In this document: piece by piece, positions 17,423-27,196 of the stretch | Layout of the letters: each line of letters opens with the position of its first letter | Numbering within the stretch: position 1 is the stretch's first letter | From: Nitrospinota bacterium | GTDB lineage: Bacteria > UBA8248 | Assembly: GCA_046581755.1 (NCBI GenBank) | Contig: JAYGFR010000103.1 | Coordinates: forward strand, 40,526-104,525 | Direction of reading: 5' to 3' | Length of the DNA stretch: 64,000 nt | Notes under the pieces: generated by a model | The model's database searches: none | Told to the model about the DNA's origin: nothing | What the model saw: the letters and a program-made list of their open reading frames with translations, nothing else | Translations under genes and position numbers: made by a program

Positions 17423-18748
17423 ATGCCGGAAACCGGCCCCCCCGAGGGGGCGCTGCACATTATCAACGCGCTGCGCGGGCGCGGCCATCGGGCGCTCCTG
17501 GCGGGCGGTTGCGTCCGCGACCGGGCGATGGGCCGTGCGCCGACGGACTGGGACATCGCCTCCGGGGCGGACCCCGGTGAGGTCGCCCGCCTCTTCGAGC
17601 GCACCGAGGCCGTGGGCGCGAAGTTCGGGGTCGTCCTCGTCATCCTGCCCGACGGGGAGTATGAGGTCGCCCAGTTCCGCACCGAGGAGGCCTACCTCGA
17701 CGGTCGCCACCCGAGCGCCGTTCATCCCGCCGGGGAGGAAGAGGACGCCCGGCGGCGCGATTTTTCGATCAACGGCATGTTCCTCGACCCGGTCGAGGGA
17801 AAGATCATCGACTACGTCGGAGGGCAAGAGGACATCGATAGGCGCTTGATCCGGGCCATCGGCGATCCCGCCCGGCGCTTCGAGGAGGACCACTTGCGCC
17901 TCCTGCGCGCGGTGCGGTTCGCGGCGCGGTTCGACTACGCCATCGAGGAGGAAACCCTCGCTGCCGTCAAAAAGCTCGTCCCCCGCATCCGGCGCACGAG
18001 CGCCGAGCGCGTGCGCGCCGAACTCACGATGATGCTCACCGGCCCCCATCCGGAGCGCGCCTTCGAGCTGCTCCGGGAAACCGGCCTCCTTCGGGAGGTA
18101 TTGCCCGAGGCGGCCGAGATGGAGGGCGTGGAGCAGCCGCCCCAGTTTCACCCCGAGGGCGACGTATGGACCCACGTCATGATGGTTCTCGCCCAGCTTC
18201 GCGATCCGGGCCCCGCCCTCGCCTGGGCCGCGCTCCTGCACGATGTGGGAAAACCCGCGACCTACGCCGTGACCGACCGGATCCGCTTCAACGGCCATGC
18301 GGCGGCGGGCGCGCGGATTTCGGAGGAGATTTGCGAGCGCCTGAAAATACCGGGCGAGACGGCGGAGCGAATCCGCGATATCGTCAGGGACCACATGAAG
18401 TTCATGAACGTCCGGAAAATGCGCGAGTCCACCCTGAAGCGCTTCCTGCGGGAGCCACACTTTTCTGAACTCCTGGAGCTCCACCGGATCGACTGCCTGG
18501 CAAGCCACGGAAATCTCGCCACGCGCGATTTTTGCCTGGAAAAACGGGCCGGGATAACCGAGGAAGACCTCCGCCCCGCACGAATTCTGGACGGCCACGA
18601 TCTGGCCGCGATGGGATTCGAGCCGGGTCCGCCCTTCGGGGAGATATTAAGGGCTGTCGAGGACGAACAACTCGAGGGCCGGGTGCGGACGAGGGAGGCG
18701 GCCGAGGCGTTCGTGAACGAGCGCTTCGGCGCGCTGCGGAGTGGATAG
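17423..18748 (+). CDS. cca: CCA tRNA nucleotidyltransferase / poly(A) polymerase family with HD domain
   Basis: LAGGCVRD, DWDIA, EDARRRDFSIN, RFEEDHLRLLRAVRF, HPEGDVWTH, LLHDVGK. Confidence 0.9.
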   Translation: MPETGPPEGALHIINALRGRGHRALLAGGCVRDRAMGRAPTDWDIASGADPGEVARLFERTEAVGAKFGVVLVILPDGEYEVAQFRTEEAYLDGRHPSAVHPAGEEEDARRRDFSINGMFLDPVEGKIIDYVGGQEDIDRRLIRAIGDPARRFEEDHLRLLRAVRFAARFDYAIEEETLAAVKKLVPRIRRTSAERVRAELTMMLTGPHPERAFELLRETGLLREVLPEAAEMEGVEQPPQFHPEGDVWTHVMMVLAQLRDPGPALAWAALLHDVGKPATYAVTDRIRFNGHAAAGARISEEICERLKIPGETAERIRDIVRDHMKFMNVRKMRESTLKRFLREPHFSELLELHRIDCLASHGNLATRDFCLEKRAGITEEDLRPARILDGHDLAAMGFEPGPPFGEILRAVEDEQLEGRVRTREAAEAFVNERFGALRSG

Positions 18749-18825
18749 GGACCGCACCCGATTTTGCGGGACCTGACTTTTGCAGGCCGTTTTTTTTCAA
18801 GGCCCGTGTTTTTTAGGAGACTCCG

Positions 18826-19377
18826 GTGAACGGCGAGCGGAACGGAGGCACCATTCTCATGAGGGAGCGAGAGCTCGAACTGGCTCTCCGCCGGATGGCC
18901 TCTGAGATCGCCGAAATTTGCGCGGGCGATCCGCATCTGGCCCTCATCGGGGTGCGCACGCGCGGAGAACCCCTCGCCCAGCGGCTGGCCCGCTTGGTCG
19001 AGGAGATGGAGGAGATCGAGCCGCCCGTGGGCACGCTCGACATCGGAATCCACCGGGACGACGTGGACCACCCCGGCGGGGGAAGAATTTTCGGCCCCAC
19101 CGAGATCGGCTTTGACCTCGCCGAGCGGCAGATCGTCCTGGTGGACGATGTATTCTTCACCGGGCGCACGGTCCGCGCCGCCCTCGATGCGCTGGCCGAA
19201 ATCGGGCGGCCGCGCCGGGTATGGCTCGCTGTCCTGATCGACCGGGGGCACCGCGAGCTTCCCTTCCGGCCCGATTTCACCGGAAAAAACGTACCCACCG
19301 CCACCGCCGAGCGAGTCAACGTCCGCCTCCGGGAGGTGGACGGCGAGGACGGCGTATGGCTGGTCAGGCCCGCCTGA
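18826..19377 (+). CDS. pyrR: Bifunctional pyr regulator / uracil phosphoribosyltransferase PyrR
   Basis: LIGVRTRG, GTLDIGIHRDD, VLVDDVFFTGRTVRAAL, LIDRGHRELPFRPDFTGKNVPT. Confidence 0.93.
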   Translation: MNGERNGGTILMRERELELALRRMASEIAEICAGDPHLALIGVRTRGEPLAQRLARLVEEMEEIEPPVGTLDIGIHRDDVDHPGGGRIFGPTEIGFDLAERQIVLVDDVFFTGRTVRAALDALAEIGRPRRVWLAVLIDRGHRELPFRPDFTGKNVPTATAERVNVRLREVDGEDGVWLVRPA

Positions 19378-19421
19378 GGGGCGGCGCATTTCTTTCGGCC
19401 TCATAGCGAACGGAGAAAATC

Positions 19422-19820
19422 ATGTTCAACAAGGTGCACCACATCGGCATCGCGGTGAAGGACATGGACGGGGCCATCGCCCTCTACAAGGGCGCGGGGG
19501 CGAAGCTGCTCGGACGCGAGTCCTCCAAGGACGGCAACGTGGACCTCGCCATGCTCGATCTGGGCGGGGACCTGATCGAACCCCTCTCCCCCATTCGGGG
19601 AGAATCGGAAATCTCGAAATTCATCGAGCGCCACGAGGAGGGCGTCCACCACGTGGCCTATGAGGTGGACGACATCAAGGCCGAGATGGCCCGCCTGAAG
19701 GCGGAAGGGTTCAAGCTGATCGACGAGGTTCCCCGGCCCGGATTCATGGGCCACATCATCGCCTTCATCGAACCCCAAAGCACGATGGGCACCCTCTGGG
19801 AACTGGTCGAGAAGGAATAG
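19422..19820 (+). CDS. mce: Methylmalonyl-CoA epimerase (VOC family)
   Basis: VHHIGIAVKD, ISKFIE..EGVHHVAYEVDDI, IDEVPRPG, IAFIEP, GTLWELVE. Confidence 0.85.
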   Translation: MFNKVHHIGIAVKDMDGAIALYKGAGAKLLGRESSKDGNVDLAMLDLGGDLIEPLSPIRGESEISKFIERHEEGVHHVAYEVDDIKAEMARLKAEGFKLIDEVPRPGFMGHIIAFIEPQSTMGTLWELVEKE

Positions 19821-19849
19821 CCGCCGCGCCCGGGCCGGGATTCCGCCGC

Positions 19850-20674
19850 TCACCTCCGGGGCGGCTTGGAGGGCATCTCAACGATCCGGACTATGTGATC
19901 GCCGGAGACAGGGCGCCCGCCCTGCCTGCGCTGGATCCCCCAGCCCTTGAGGCGAAAGGTCCGGCCCGGAGCCGTTCGGGGCGGAATCTCGACGTGGGCG
20001 GCGCCCCGGACGGTGAAGACGCGCACGGTTCCCCCGGCGATCAGGCGGAACCGGGGGACGCCCACCTCGCTGTGCACGTCGAGGCCGCGCCGCTCCAAGG
20101 CGGGATGGCGCGCCGAGGTCACCGTGAGAACCAGGTCTCCCGGCCTGCCCCCCGCGCTGCCAGGAGCCCCCTCCATGGGAACCCGGACCTTCTCCCCGTC
20201 CTCGAGGCCGGAGGGAAGGAGGGCGTTCACGAGCGCCTCCTCGAATATCTCGCCCGCCCCGCCGCACACCTTGCACGATCCCACCCCGGACGCCTCGGAC
20301 AACCCGGGCGACCCGCCGCAATCCGGGCAGGCGAAGGGCCGCTGTATCCGGACGCCGACCTCACCGCCCGCAGCCGCCTCGAGGAAATCCACCATGATGT
20401 CGAAGTGAAGATCGCGCCCCCGCGCCGACAGGTCGTCCGAGGCGTCCAGGGTGGGGGGTGCATCCTCTCCCGCCCCCGAGATCAGCGCCTGGTAGGCCTC
20501 GCCGATCTCCTTGAAGCGCGCCTCCATTTCCAGCTGGCCGGCGTGGCGATCCGGATGAAATTCGAAGGCCAGCCGCCGGTAGGCGCGGTGAATATCCTCC
20601 TGCGCGGCGGTCCCCGAGAGGCCCAGAATCGCAAGTGCGCTCTTTTTCGAAATCGGAGGCGGTTTGGGAGACAA
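19850..20674 (-). CDS. DnaJ-class co-chaperone (J domain, partial zinc finger, C-terminal domain)
   Basis: ILGL...AYRRLAFEFHPD, CPDCGG, CKVCGGAG, GRPGDL, FRLKGWG; start uncertain. Confidence 0.8.
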   Translation of the reverse strand: MSPKPPPISKKSALAILGLSGTAAQEDIHRAYRRLAFEFHPDRHAGQLEMEARFKEIGEAYQALISGAGEDAPPTLDASDDLSARGRDLHFDIMVDFLEAAAGGEVGVRIQRPFACPDCGGSPGLSEASGVGSCKVCGGAGEIFEEALVNALLPSGLEDGEKVRVPMEGAPGSAGGRPGDLVLTVTSARHPALERRGLDVHSEVGVPRFRLIAGGTVRVFTVRGAAHVEIPPRTAPGRTFRLKGWGIQRRQGGRPVSGDHIVRIVEMPSKPPRR

Positions 20675-20775
20675 GGGGCTCCCTCCTTCGGGCGGAGGCG
20701 CGAAATGCGCCCGCCCCCCTATTTTTTCACCGATTCGCCAGGAGTCAAGGGGGGGGGCGGCGGTCGGGCCGACCC

Positions 20776-21651
20776 TCAGGGCGCGTTCACGGCGATCAGG
20801 ACCACCCCGAGGAACAAGGCGATGGCGCCCACCCACTTCTGCCAGGTCAGGATTTCCTCGTCCCGGAGCCAGATCCGGGTGAAGATGAGGGCGAACAGCG
20901 GCGCGGCGTAGCCGATCGGGACGACGATGGAGACCGCCCCGAACTGGAAGGCCGAAAAGAAGACGAGGAACGAGAGCGAATTGAGGAGCCCGGTGAGAAT
21001 CATCATCTTGTGGCCGCCCGGCTCGATGCGCCACCGCTCCTCGGGGGGAAGGAACGGCAGGAACACGAGCAAGGCGGGCAAGGACGCGAGGCTCGCGATG
21101 ATGATGCCGATTAGAATGTCCGGGAACAGCAAAAGGGAAAACCGGCGCGACGTCGAGGCGAAGGCCATGACGATCGAATGCGCGACCGGAAGGAGGAGAA
21201 AAATCCGCCGCCAGTCCCTGTCGCGCTCGGGTTTGAGGGCGATGAGAAAACACCCCGAAACCACCAGGGCGGTGGCCCCGAAAATGGCCGGGCCCGGCCG
21301 CTCGCGCAGCCAGAGGATCGCCACCATCGTCGAGAGGAACGGGGTCATCGTGATCAGCGGCATCGCCCGGCCCACCCCGACATACTTGATGGCGAGGTAG
21401 ACCAGCGGGCGCGCCAGGCCGGGAGCCAGAAACCCGGTCAGCGAGAACCAAAGGACCGCCTCCCAGGTGAGTTTTCCCCAATCCGAGAAATAGAGAGAAA
21501 GGGCGAACATCACCGGCAGGCCGACCACGACGGAAATCAGCGAGGCCGAAAGGGCGCTGCCCAGGTGCATGGCCTTTCGGGCCATGACGCTGAACGCCCC
21601 GAATGTTATCGCCGCGGAGATGGCCAGCCCGATGGCGATATAGTTGTTCAA
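20776..21651 (-). CDS. DMT/EamA family transporter
   Basis: About 10 hydrophobic segments; two EamA repeats (ILWLRERP, IWLRDEEIL). Confidence 0.85.
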   Translation of the reverse strand: MNNYIAIGLAISAAITFGAFSVMARKAMHLGSALSASLISVVVGLPVMFALSLYFSDWGKLTWEAVLWFSLTGFLAPGLARPLVYLAIKYVGVGRAMPLITMTPFLSTMVAILWLRERPGPAIFGATALVVSGCFLIALKPERDRDWRRIFLLLPVAHSIVMAFASTSRRFSLLLFPDILIGIIIASLASLPALLVFLPFLPPEERWRIEPGGHKMMILTGLLNSLSFLVFFSAFQFGAVSIVVPIGYAAPLFALIFTRIWLRDEEILTWQKWVGAIALFLGVVLIAVNAP

Positions 21652-21811
21652 GGCGAACCCCTGGGTTTCGAAAATGAAACGCGCGCGGGCGAGCCGCGCG
21701 TTCGGGCCGATGGGGGCGAACGGGAATGAGGCGGAAGCCCGGAGCGCCTGGCTCCCACCCCGGCTCCTCTAATGAATGGCTGGCCCGCCAGGTGGAAGAT
21801 GGCCCGCCGGG

Positions 21812-23035
21812 CTAGAAGTAGGTCTGCCCGGGCTCGACGGGGGGCGTCCACTCGCAATCGCCGAAGGGCCCATCGCCGTTTTCCTTCACGTAGGCGATCC
21901 GGTCATCGTTTACCTTGCTCTCGAATAGGGCGCGGTGGAGCCAATCGAGGATGTAATGATGGTTGTCCAGCCCGCCCAGGTTCGTCAGGTTCACCAGCGG
22001 GTGGAACTGGTTCTCGAACACCCACATTTCCTTTTTGCAAGTTAGATCGCTGTAGACCTCGATCGCGTCCTCGAGCGGGCAGAGGGGATCGAACTCGCCC
22101 GTGACGAGCAGGGTGGGACACGCCACCTTGTCCATGTAGCCCTTGACGGTCATCGTCCGGGCCATCTCGTCGAATTCATCCTCGTCCGATATGCCCGCCA
22201 TGTACATGAACACCTGCTTAAAGCGGGGGCTGGACTGGGTGAAGATGGTGTTGTTCGGGTTGAAGCAGGCCACGGCACTCGCCACGGCCGCGATCCGGCG
22301 GTCGTAGCTCGCGAGGCGGAGGGACCAGAAGCTACCCATGCTGATTCCGTAGATGCCGATCTTCGAGGGTTCGACCTCCTCGCGCCCCAGCAGGTATTCG
22401 ATGACGGCGGCGCCGGCGCGCTCGTAATTGTCCCCCACCGCGCGGATCTTCTGGATGTTCGAGTCCCCCTGTCCGGGGCCGTCCATGGTGATGACGTGGA
22501 AACCCCGCTCGGCGGCCACGTTGTGGCGCGCGTGGGGGAACGACTCCTTGGTCTGGTCCATGCCCGGAACGTAGATGATGCAGGGCGCCTTCCGCCGGTC
22601 GGGCAGGAGATGGAGCAGGCAGGAGATCGTCTTCCCGTCGTCGAAGGGAATCTGAACGCGCTCGATGGGATAGGAGGCGACCTCCGAGCGGCGGTCCACC
22701 ATCTCCTTGAGTTTATCGCAGAGATATATTTTCACCGGGTTGTCGTCGTAGAAGATCGGGTGCTGCGCCATCCGGTAGGCCTCGACGGCGTGATCGTAGT
22801 GCTCGGTGGCGGTGTGGTTGAACCCTTCGGCCTGGGCTTTTTTGGCGAGCTTCTCGTGGAACTCGGCCGATTCGCGCCAGACCTTGGGGAGCATCTGATA
22901 GTTGTGCGCCCGCTTTCCGCCGGGGACCTCCAGGTAGTCGCGCTCAAAATTCTGCACGCGCCCGCGCATGTTGAGCGCCAGGTCGAGCATCCACTGTTGG
23001 CTGTCGCGTTCGGTTCTGAGTTTCCGGATTGCCAT
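21812..23035 (-). CDS. Alpha/beta hydrolase (FrsA / 2,6-dihydroxypseudooxynicotine hydrolase-like)
   Basis: PGMDQTKE, MDGPGQG, nucleophile GISMG, GEFDPL, ENQFH. Confidence 0.85.
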   Translation of the reverse strand: MAIRKLRTERDSQQWMLDLALNMRGRVQNFERDYLEVPGGKRAHNYQMLPKVWRESAEFHEKLAKKAQAEGFNHTATEHYDHAVEAYRMAQHPIFYDDNPVKIYLCDKLKEMVDRRSEVASYPIERVQIPFDDGKTISCLLHLLPDRRKAPCIIYVPGMDQTKESFPHARHNVAAERGFHVITMDGPGQGDSNIQKIRAVGDNYERAGAAVIEYLLGREEVEPSKIGIYGISMGSFWSLRLASYDRRIAAVASAVACFNPNNTIFTQSSPRFKQVFMYMAGISDEDEFDEMARTMTVKGYMDKVACPTLLVTGEFDPLCPLEDAIEVYSDLTCKKEMWVFENQFHPLVNLTNLGGLDNHHYILDWLHRALFESKVNDDRIAYVKENGDGPFGDCEWTPPVEPGQTYF

Positions 23036-23211
23036 TGCACATCTCCTGAAAAGAGCCGCACCGGCGAGCCGCGCCGGCAAGCCGCCGGCGGTGGAAGTGT
23101 TCCGAGTCGGTGCCTCGATGGGATAAGAAACCAGCCAAATGGTACGGCCACCCATGGAAGAGATCAACGAAGATAGCCGTTCGGGGGCCGAACTAAATAT
23201 CGGGAGGAAAA

Positions 23212-24381
23212 CTAGTAAACGACGCCCTCATCGCGGAGGGCGTCGATCTCACCGGTCGAATAACCTTCCTCGGCCAGAACCTCGCCGGTGTGCTCGCCGA
23301 GGAGGGGGGGGGCGCCCTTCCGCGTCGAGGCGGCATCGAGGCGGTAGGGCGCCCCTATCATCTGGAGGGTTCCGAGTTCCGGGTGGGTTTCCCGGGTCAA
23401 AAAACCCATGGCGCGCATCTGCTCATCCTCGAGCAGGGCCGAGGACGGCCTTACCCTGGCGCTGGGAACCCCGGCCTCCTGGAAAAGGACGACCCATTCA
23501 TCCGCGGATTTTTCCATGAGAATTTTTTGCACCTCGCCGATGATTGCATCGCGGTCAGCGTGGCGCCCGAGGTGGGTCGCGTAGGCGGGCTCGTTTTTCA
23601 TCGCCTCCAGGCCCAGCACGTCCAGCGCCCGCTCCCAGAAACCGTCCGCGTCCATGTACACGTAGAATCGCCCGTCGGCCGAGTCGTAAATCCGCGCGAT
23701 CCGGTCGCTCAGGGCGTCCCGCACATTATCGAGCGGCTCGCGCTCGGAGGCCCACACGAGCCGGCCCATCTGCATGGCGGCGGCGCTCCCCAGCAGGCAG
23801 GCGTCGATATACTGGCCCCGCCCGGTGCGTTCGCGCTCTAGGAGCGCCATCGTCACGGCGTTTACCGCGAGCGCCCCGGTGAAGTAGTCCACGAAGTGGC
23901 CCTGGACCAGCCGGGGCTCGCCGTTCTCGGTCTGCTGGGAGGGAATTCCGGCGTCGGTCTGAAGAATGGGGTCGAGCCCCCGCCGGGCCCGGAGGGGCCC
24001 CTTCTGTCCGTAGGCCGAGATAGAAGCGTAGACGAGCCGGGGGTTGATTCGGGAGAGCGTCTCGTAGCCGAGCCCGAGATCATCGGCGACGCCGGGGCGG
24101 TTTCCCTCGATGAATACGTCGGCGCCCTCCGCCATGCGGAGGACGATCTCCCGGCCCCGCTTTTTCTTGAGATCGATGGCGAGGCTGCGTTTGCTCCGGT
24201 TGAGGCCGAGGAAGAGGCGGCTGCCTCCCTCGAGGGTGGAGGGAAAGTAGCGGATGGTGTCCCCGCCGGGCGGTTCGATCTTCACCACGTCCGCCCCGCC
24301 GTCGGCCAGCAAGAGCGTACAGAACGGCCCCGCCACGTAGTGGGTCAGGTCGAGAACGCGGACCCCGTCGAGCGCACCCAA
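23212..24381 (-). CDS. CaiB/BaiF family III CoA-transferase
   Basis: LDGVRVLDLT, AGPFCT, GADVVKIEPPGGD, LNRSKRS, HFVDYFTG, PPLLGEHT. Confidence 0.92.
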   Translation of the reverse strand: MGALDGVRVLDLTHYVAGPFCTLLLADGGADVVKIEPPGGDTIRYFPSTLEGGSRLFLGLNRSKRSLAIDLKKKRGREIVLRMAEGADVFIEGNRPGVADDLGLGYETLSRINPRLVYASISAYGQKGPLRARRGLDPILQTDAGIPSQQTENGEPRLVQGHFVDYFTGALAVNAVTMALLERERTGRGQYIDACLLGSAAAMQMGRLVWASEREPLDNVRDALSDRIARIYDSADGRFYVYMDADGFWERALDVLGLEAMKNEPAYATHLGRHADRDAIIGEVQKILMEKSADEWVVLFQEAGVPSARVRPSSALLEDEQMRAMGFLTRETHPELGTLQMIGAPYRLDAASTRKGAPPLLGEHTGEVLAEEGYSTGEIDALRDEGVVY

Positions 24382-24523
24382 CTCAGGCCTCCCGCGCGCG
24401 CCGGACCGGCGGTGGGCCCTCGGAAGCGCCCGCGCACGATTTCGATTTCACCGGCGAGCTTTTCATTGCCGCGCTCCAGAAGGACGAAGAAGTGCTCGCT
24501 CCACCCCCGGCCACTTTTTCCTC

Positions 24524-24577
24524 TTCGCCGAAATTCTCGACCTCGCCAAATTTTTCGACTTCGCCGAATTTTTCCAA
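24524..24577. repeat. Intergenic 18-bp degenerate tandem repeat x3
   Basis: ttcgccgaaattctcgac ctcgccaaatttttcgac ttcgccgaatttttccaa. Confidence 0.7.
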
Positions 24578-24656
24578 CTCAAAGATGCACCCTCTCCCGT
24601 TTCGGCCGAATCGCAACCCCGCCCATATCTCCTCGCGCGGCTGCTTTTGAAACGGG

Positions 24657-25631
24657 TCACACCTTCAAAACGATTTTTCCCGCCACCTTGCCCGTCATCA
24701 GAACCTCGTGGGCGCGCGCCGCCTCGGCGAGGGGGATCTCCTCGCCGACGAGGGCGCGGACCTTTCCCTGCTCGAGGAGGTAGTTCACCTGACGGATCAT
24801 GTCGGGGAACACGGCGTCCGTATTAAAGAGGCTCATCCCGCGCACGTCGATGTCCTTCGAGTAGAAGGGCGGGTAGGTGACCGAACCCACCATGCTCTTT
24901 CCAGTCCCGGCGCCCAGAAGCACCATCGTCCCGCCCTTTTTGAGCGCCCGGCAGCTTTCGTCGAAATTCTCGGCCGAGACCATCTCGATGACCACGTCCA
25001 CCCCCACCCCGCCACTCTCGGCGACGCAGCGGTCGGCGAAATCTTCCTCGCGGTAGTTCACCACCACGTCCGCGCCCAGCGACTCGGCAACGGCGGCCTT
25101 TTCCTTTGAACTGACCGTCGTGATGACGCGGGCGCCGGCCGCCTTGGCGATCTGAATTGCCATCGACCCCACGCCCCCCGCGCCGGCGTGGACGAGTATT
25201 GTCTGGCCGGGCTGAATCCCAGCCTTGACGACAACGGCGTTAAAAGCCGTATAGAGCACCACCGGGAACGAGGCGCACTCCTCGAACGAGAGGTTCGAGG
25301 GAATCCGGGCGGTCCGCAGGCCGTTCAGCGCGGTCTTTTCCGCATAGCTTCCGGTCATGGCCGCCCCGAACACGCGGTCCCCCGCCCCGAACCCCTCAAC
25401 ACCCTCGCCCACCTCGATCACCTCGCCAGCCGCGTCGATTCCGGGCGTCCAGGGAAGTTTGAGGGATTTCGAGAGCGGATGAGCGCCCGAGCGGAAGGTG
25501 GTGTCCACCGGATTCACCCCGGCCGCCCGCACCTGGATAAGCAGCTGACCCGGACCGGCCGAAGGCTCCTCCGCCTCCTCGAATTTCATCACTTCGGGTC
25601 CGCCGAATTCGTGAACCTGAATCGCTTTCAT
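24657..25631 (-). CDS. NADPH:quinone oxidoreductase (zeta-crystallin-like MDR)
   Basis: HEFGGPEVM, AAGVNPVD, TPGIDAAG, VHAGAGGVG, GKIVL. Confidence 0.9.
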   Translation of the reverse strand: MKAIQVHEFGGPEVMKFEEAEEPSAGPGQLLIQVRAAGVNPVDTTFRSGAHPLSKSLKLPWTPGIDAAGEVIEVGEGVEGFGAGDRVFGAAMTGSYAEKTALNGLRTARIPSNLSFEECASFPVVLYTAFNAVVVKAGIQPGQTILVHAGAGGVGSMAIQIAKAAGARVITTVSSKEKAAVAESLGADVVVNYREEDFADRCVAESGGVGVDVVIEMVSAENFDESCRALKKGGTMVLLGAGTGKSMVGSVTYPPFYSKDIDVRGMSLFNTDAVFPDMIRQVNYLLEQGKVRALVGEEIPLAEAARAHEVLMTGKVAGKIVLKV

Positions 25632-25835
25632 GCCGCCTCCTCCCGGAATGGCCCCGTAAACGCGAGGAAGTCCATTCTAAAAACAGAGTGAAATATCCGT
25701 TGAAATGGAAGGCGCTCCAACAGCGGCGCCACGGGCCCGGAGCCCTTTGTTTATTTGCGATCAGCGAGGATCAACCCTTAGCACACTACCGCCGGGCTGC
25801 CCACCCGATCCGGGCCAAACTTCGAACTCTTGATC

Positions 25836-25863
25836 TTGACATTCCGCTCCGGCGGGCGATAAT
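25836..25863 (+). promoter_or_regulatory. Putative sigma70 promoter of the TAXI-TRAP operon
   Basis: TTGACA-16 bp-GATAAT. Confidence 0.55.
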
Positions 25864-26031
25864 GGCTGACATAATGCACACATGAAGGAAACGGTTTGGA
25901 ATAATCCGATTTTCACCGGATCGTCTCTGTTGCGTTTTGGTTCCACCTTCGCCGGTCTGCCGCCCATTGGGAATCCAATCAGCGGACAGAGTTGATCAGC
26001 CGGCAATTCTTTTATCGGGAGGAGTTTCCGC

Positions 26032-27048
26032 ATGAAAAGAACAACGACTCTGCTGATCGCGGCCGCCGTGGCCGCCGCGTTCGCCTCGGCACCGGCCATG
26101 GCGGCGGAGCGCTACCGCTTCGGCGGCGGCCCCTCGGGCGGCGCCTGGCACCCCTCCATCAGCGCCGGCACCCAGCTTCTCAACCGCAAAATTGGCAAAA
26201 AATTCTACTTCCAGTACTCCCCCTCGGCGGGTTCGGTCGCCAACGTGCGCCGGGTGAGCCTGGGCGAGTTCGCCACCGCATGGGGCCACGTGGGCCAAGT
26301 TTACCAGTCATGGACCGGGACCGGCCTCTTCAAGAAGGACGGGGCCAGCAAGGACTTCCGCATCGTCGCCAACGTGCGGAAACAGTCGCAGGTCATCGCC
26401 GTCCTGGCCGACACTCCGGTGAAATCGTTCTCCGACATGGCCGGAAAAGTCGTGAACCTGCTCAAACAGGGCACGGGAAGCCACGTGAACTGCCGGAACA
26501 TTTTCTCCACTCTCGGGCTTTATAACAACGCCAACCCCAAGGCCTCGAAAATCAAGCCGCGCTATCTGGGCTTCTCCGCAGCGGGCCGCGCCCTCGGCGA
26601 CCGCCAGATCGACGTCTTCTGCTCGGCCGGCGCCCCCTTTACGATTCCGGCCGTCACCCGTATTTCCATCCGCAAGGCGGTCCGCTACATCGGCCTGACG
26701 GTAGCGGAGCAGAAGAAAATCACGAGTAAATTCAAGTTCTACTCGCCGGTTACCATTCCCGTGCAGAAGGAAGTGCGGGGAATGAAGTCGCCCGCCCGCT
26801 CCATCGCCTACGACGTGTGGTGGATCGCGCATAAGCAGATGTCCAACGCCGCCGTCTACAATATGCTCAAGGTGATCGCCAGCCCGGCAAACCTCAAGCA
26901 GCTCACCAAGACAGCCCGCTACTGGCGGGATCTGGGCGGAAACTTCAACTCCCTCATACAGCACAAGATCTGGGTCCATCCCGCCGCCGCGCGCTACTGG
27001 AAAGAGCGCGGCGTGAACGTGCCGGCAGAGGTGGTAAAAGGGTTCTAG
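26032..27048 (+). CDS. TAXI-family TRAP transporter solute-binding subunit
   Basis: Signal peptide (PAMA), GGGPSGGAW, SAGSVANV, QGTGSH, WVHPAAARYWKERG. Confidence 0.9.
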   Translation: MKRTTTLLIAAAVAAAFASAPAMAAERYRFGGGPSGGAWHPSISAGTQLLNRKIGKKFYFQYSPSAGSVANVRRVSLGEFATAWGHVGQVYQSWTGTGLFKKDGASKDFRIVANVRKQSQVIAVLADTPVKSFSDMAGKVVNLLKQGTGSHVNCRNIFSTLGLYNNANPKASKIKPRYLGFSAAGRALGDRQIDVFCSAGAPFTIPAVTRISIRKAVRYIGLTVAEQKKITSKFKFYSPVTIPVQKEVRGMKSPARSIAYDVWWIAHKQMSNAAVYNMLKVIASPANLKQLTKTARYWRDLGGNFNSLIQHKIWVHPAAARYWKERGVNVPAEVVKGF

Positions 27049-27099
27049 GGAAATCTCTCCCGGCACTCTATGCGCGCCGGTGAACCGGGGCAGGATTCA

Positions 27100-27134
27100 G
27101 GGAAGGGGGGTGGAGACGATCCGCCTCCCTTCCC
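27100..27134 (+). other. Intercistronic hairpin after the solute-binding gene (mRNA stabiliser or partial terminator)
   Basis: GGGAAGGGGGGTGGA/TCCGCCTCCCTTCCC inverted repeat. Confidence 0.5.
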
Positions 27135-27196
27135 GCCCCTGAAATTCAATCTTTTTTTCATAGCCGCGAAGGCAAATCGCCCTCCAAGGGAATCCC

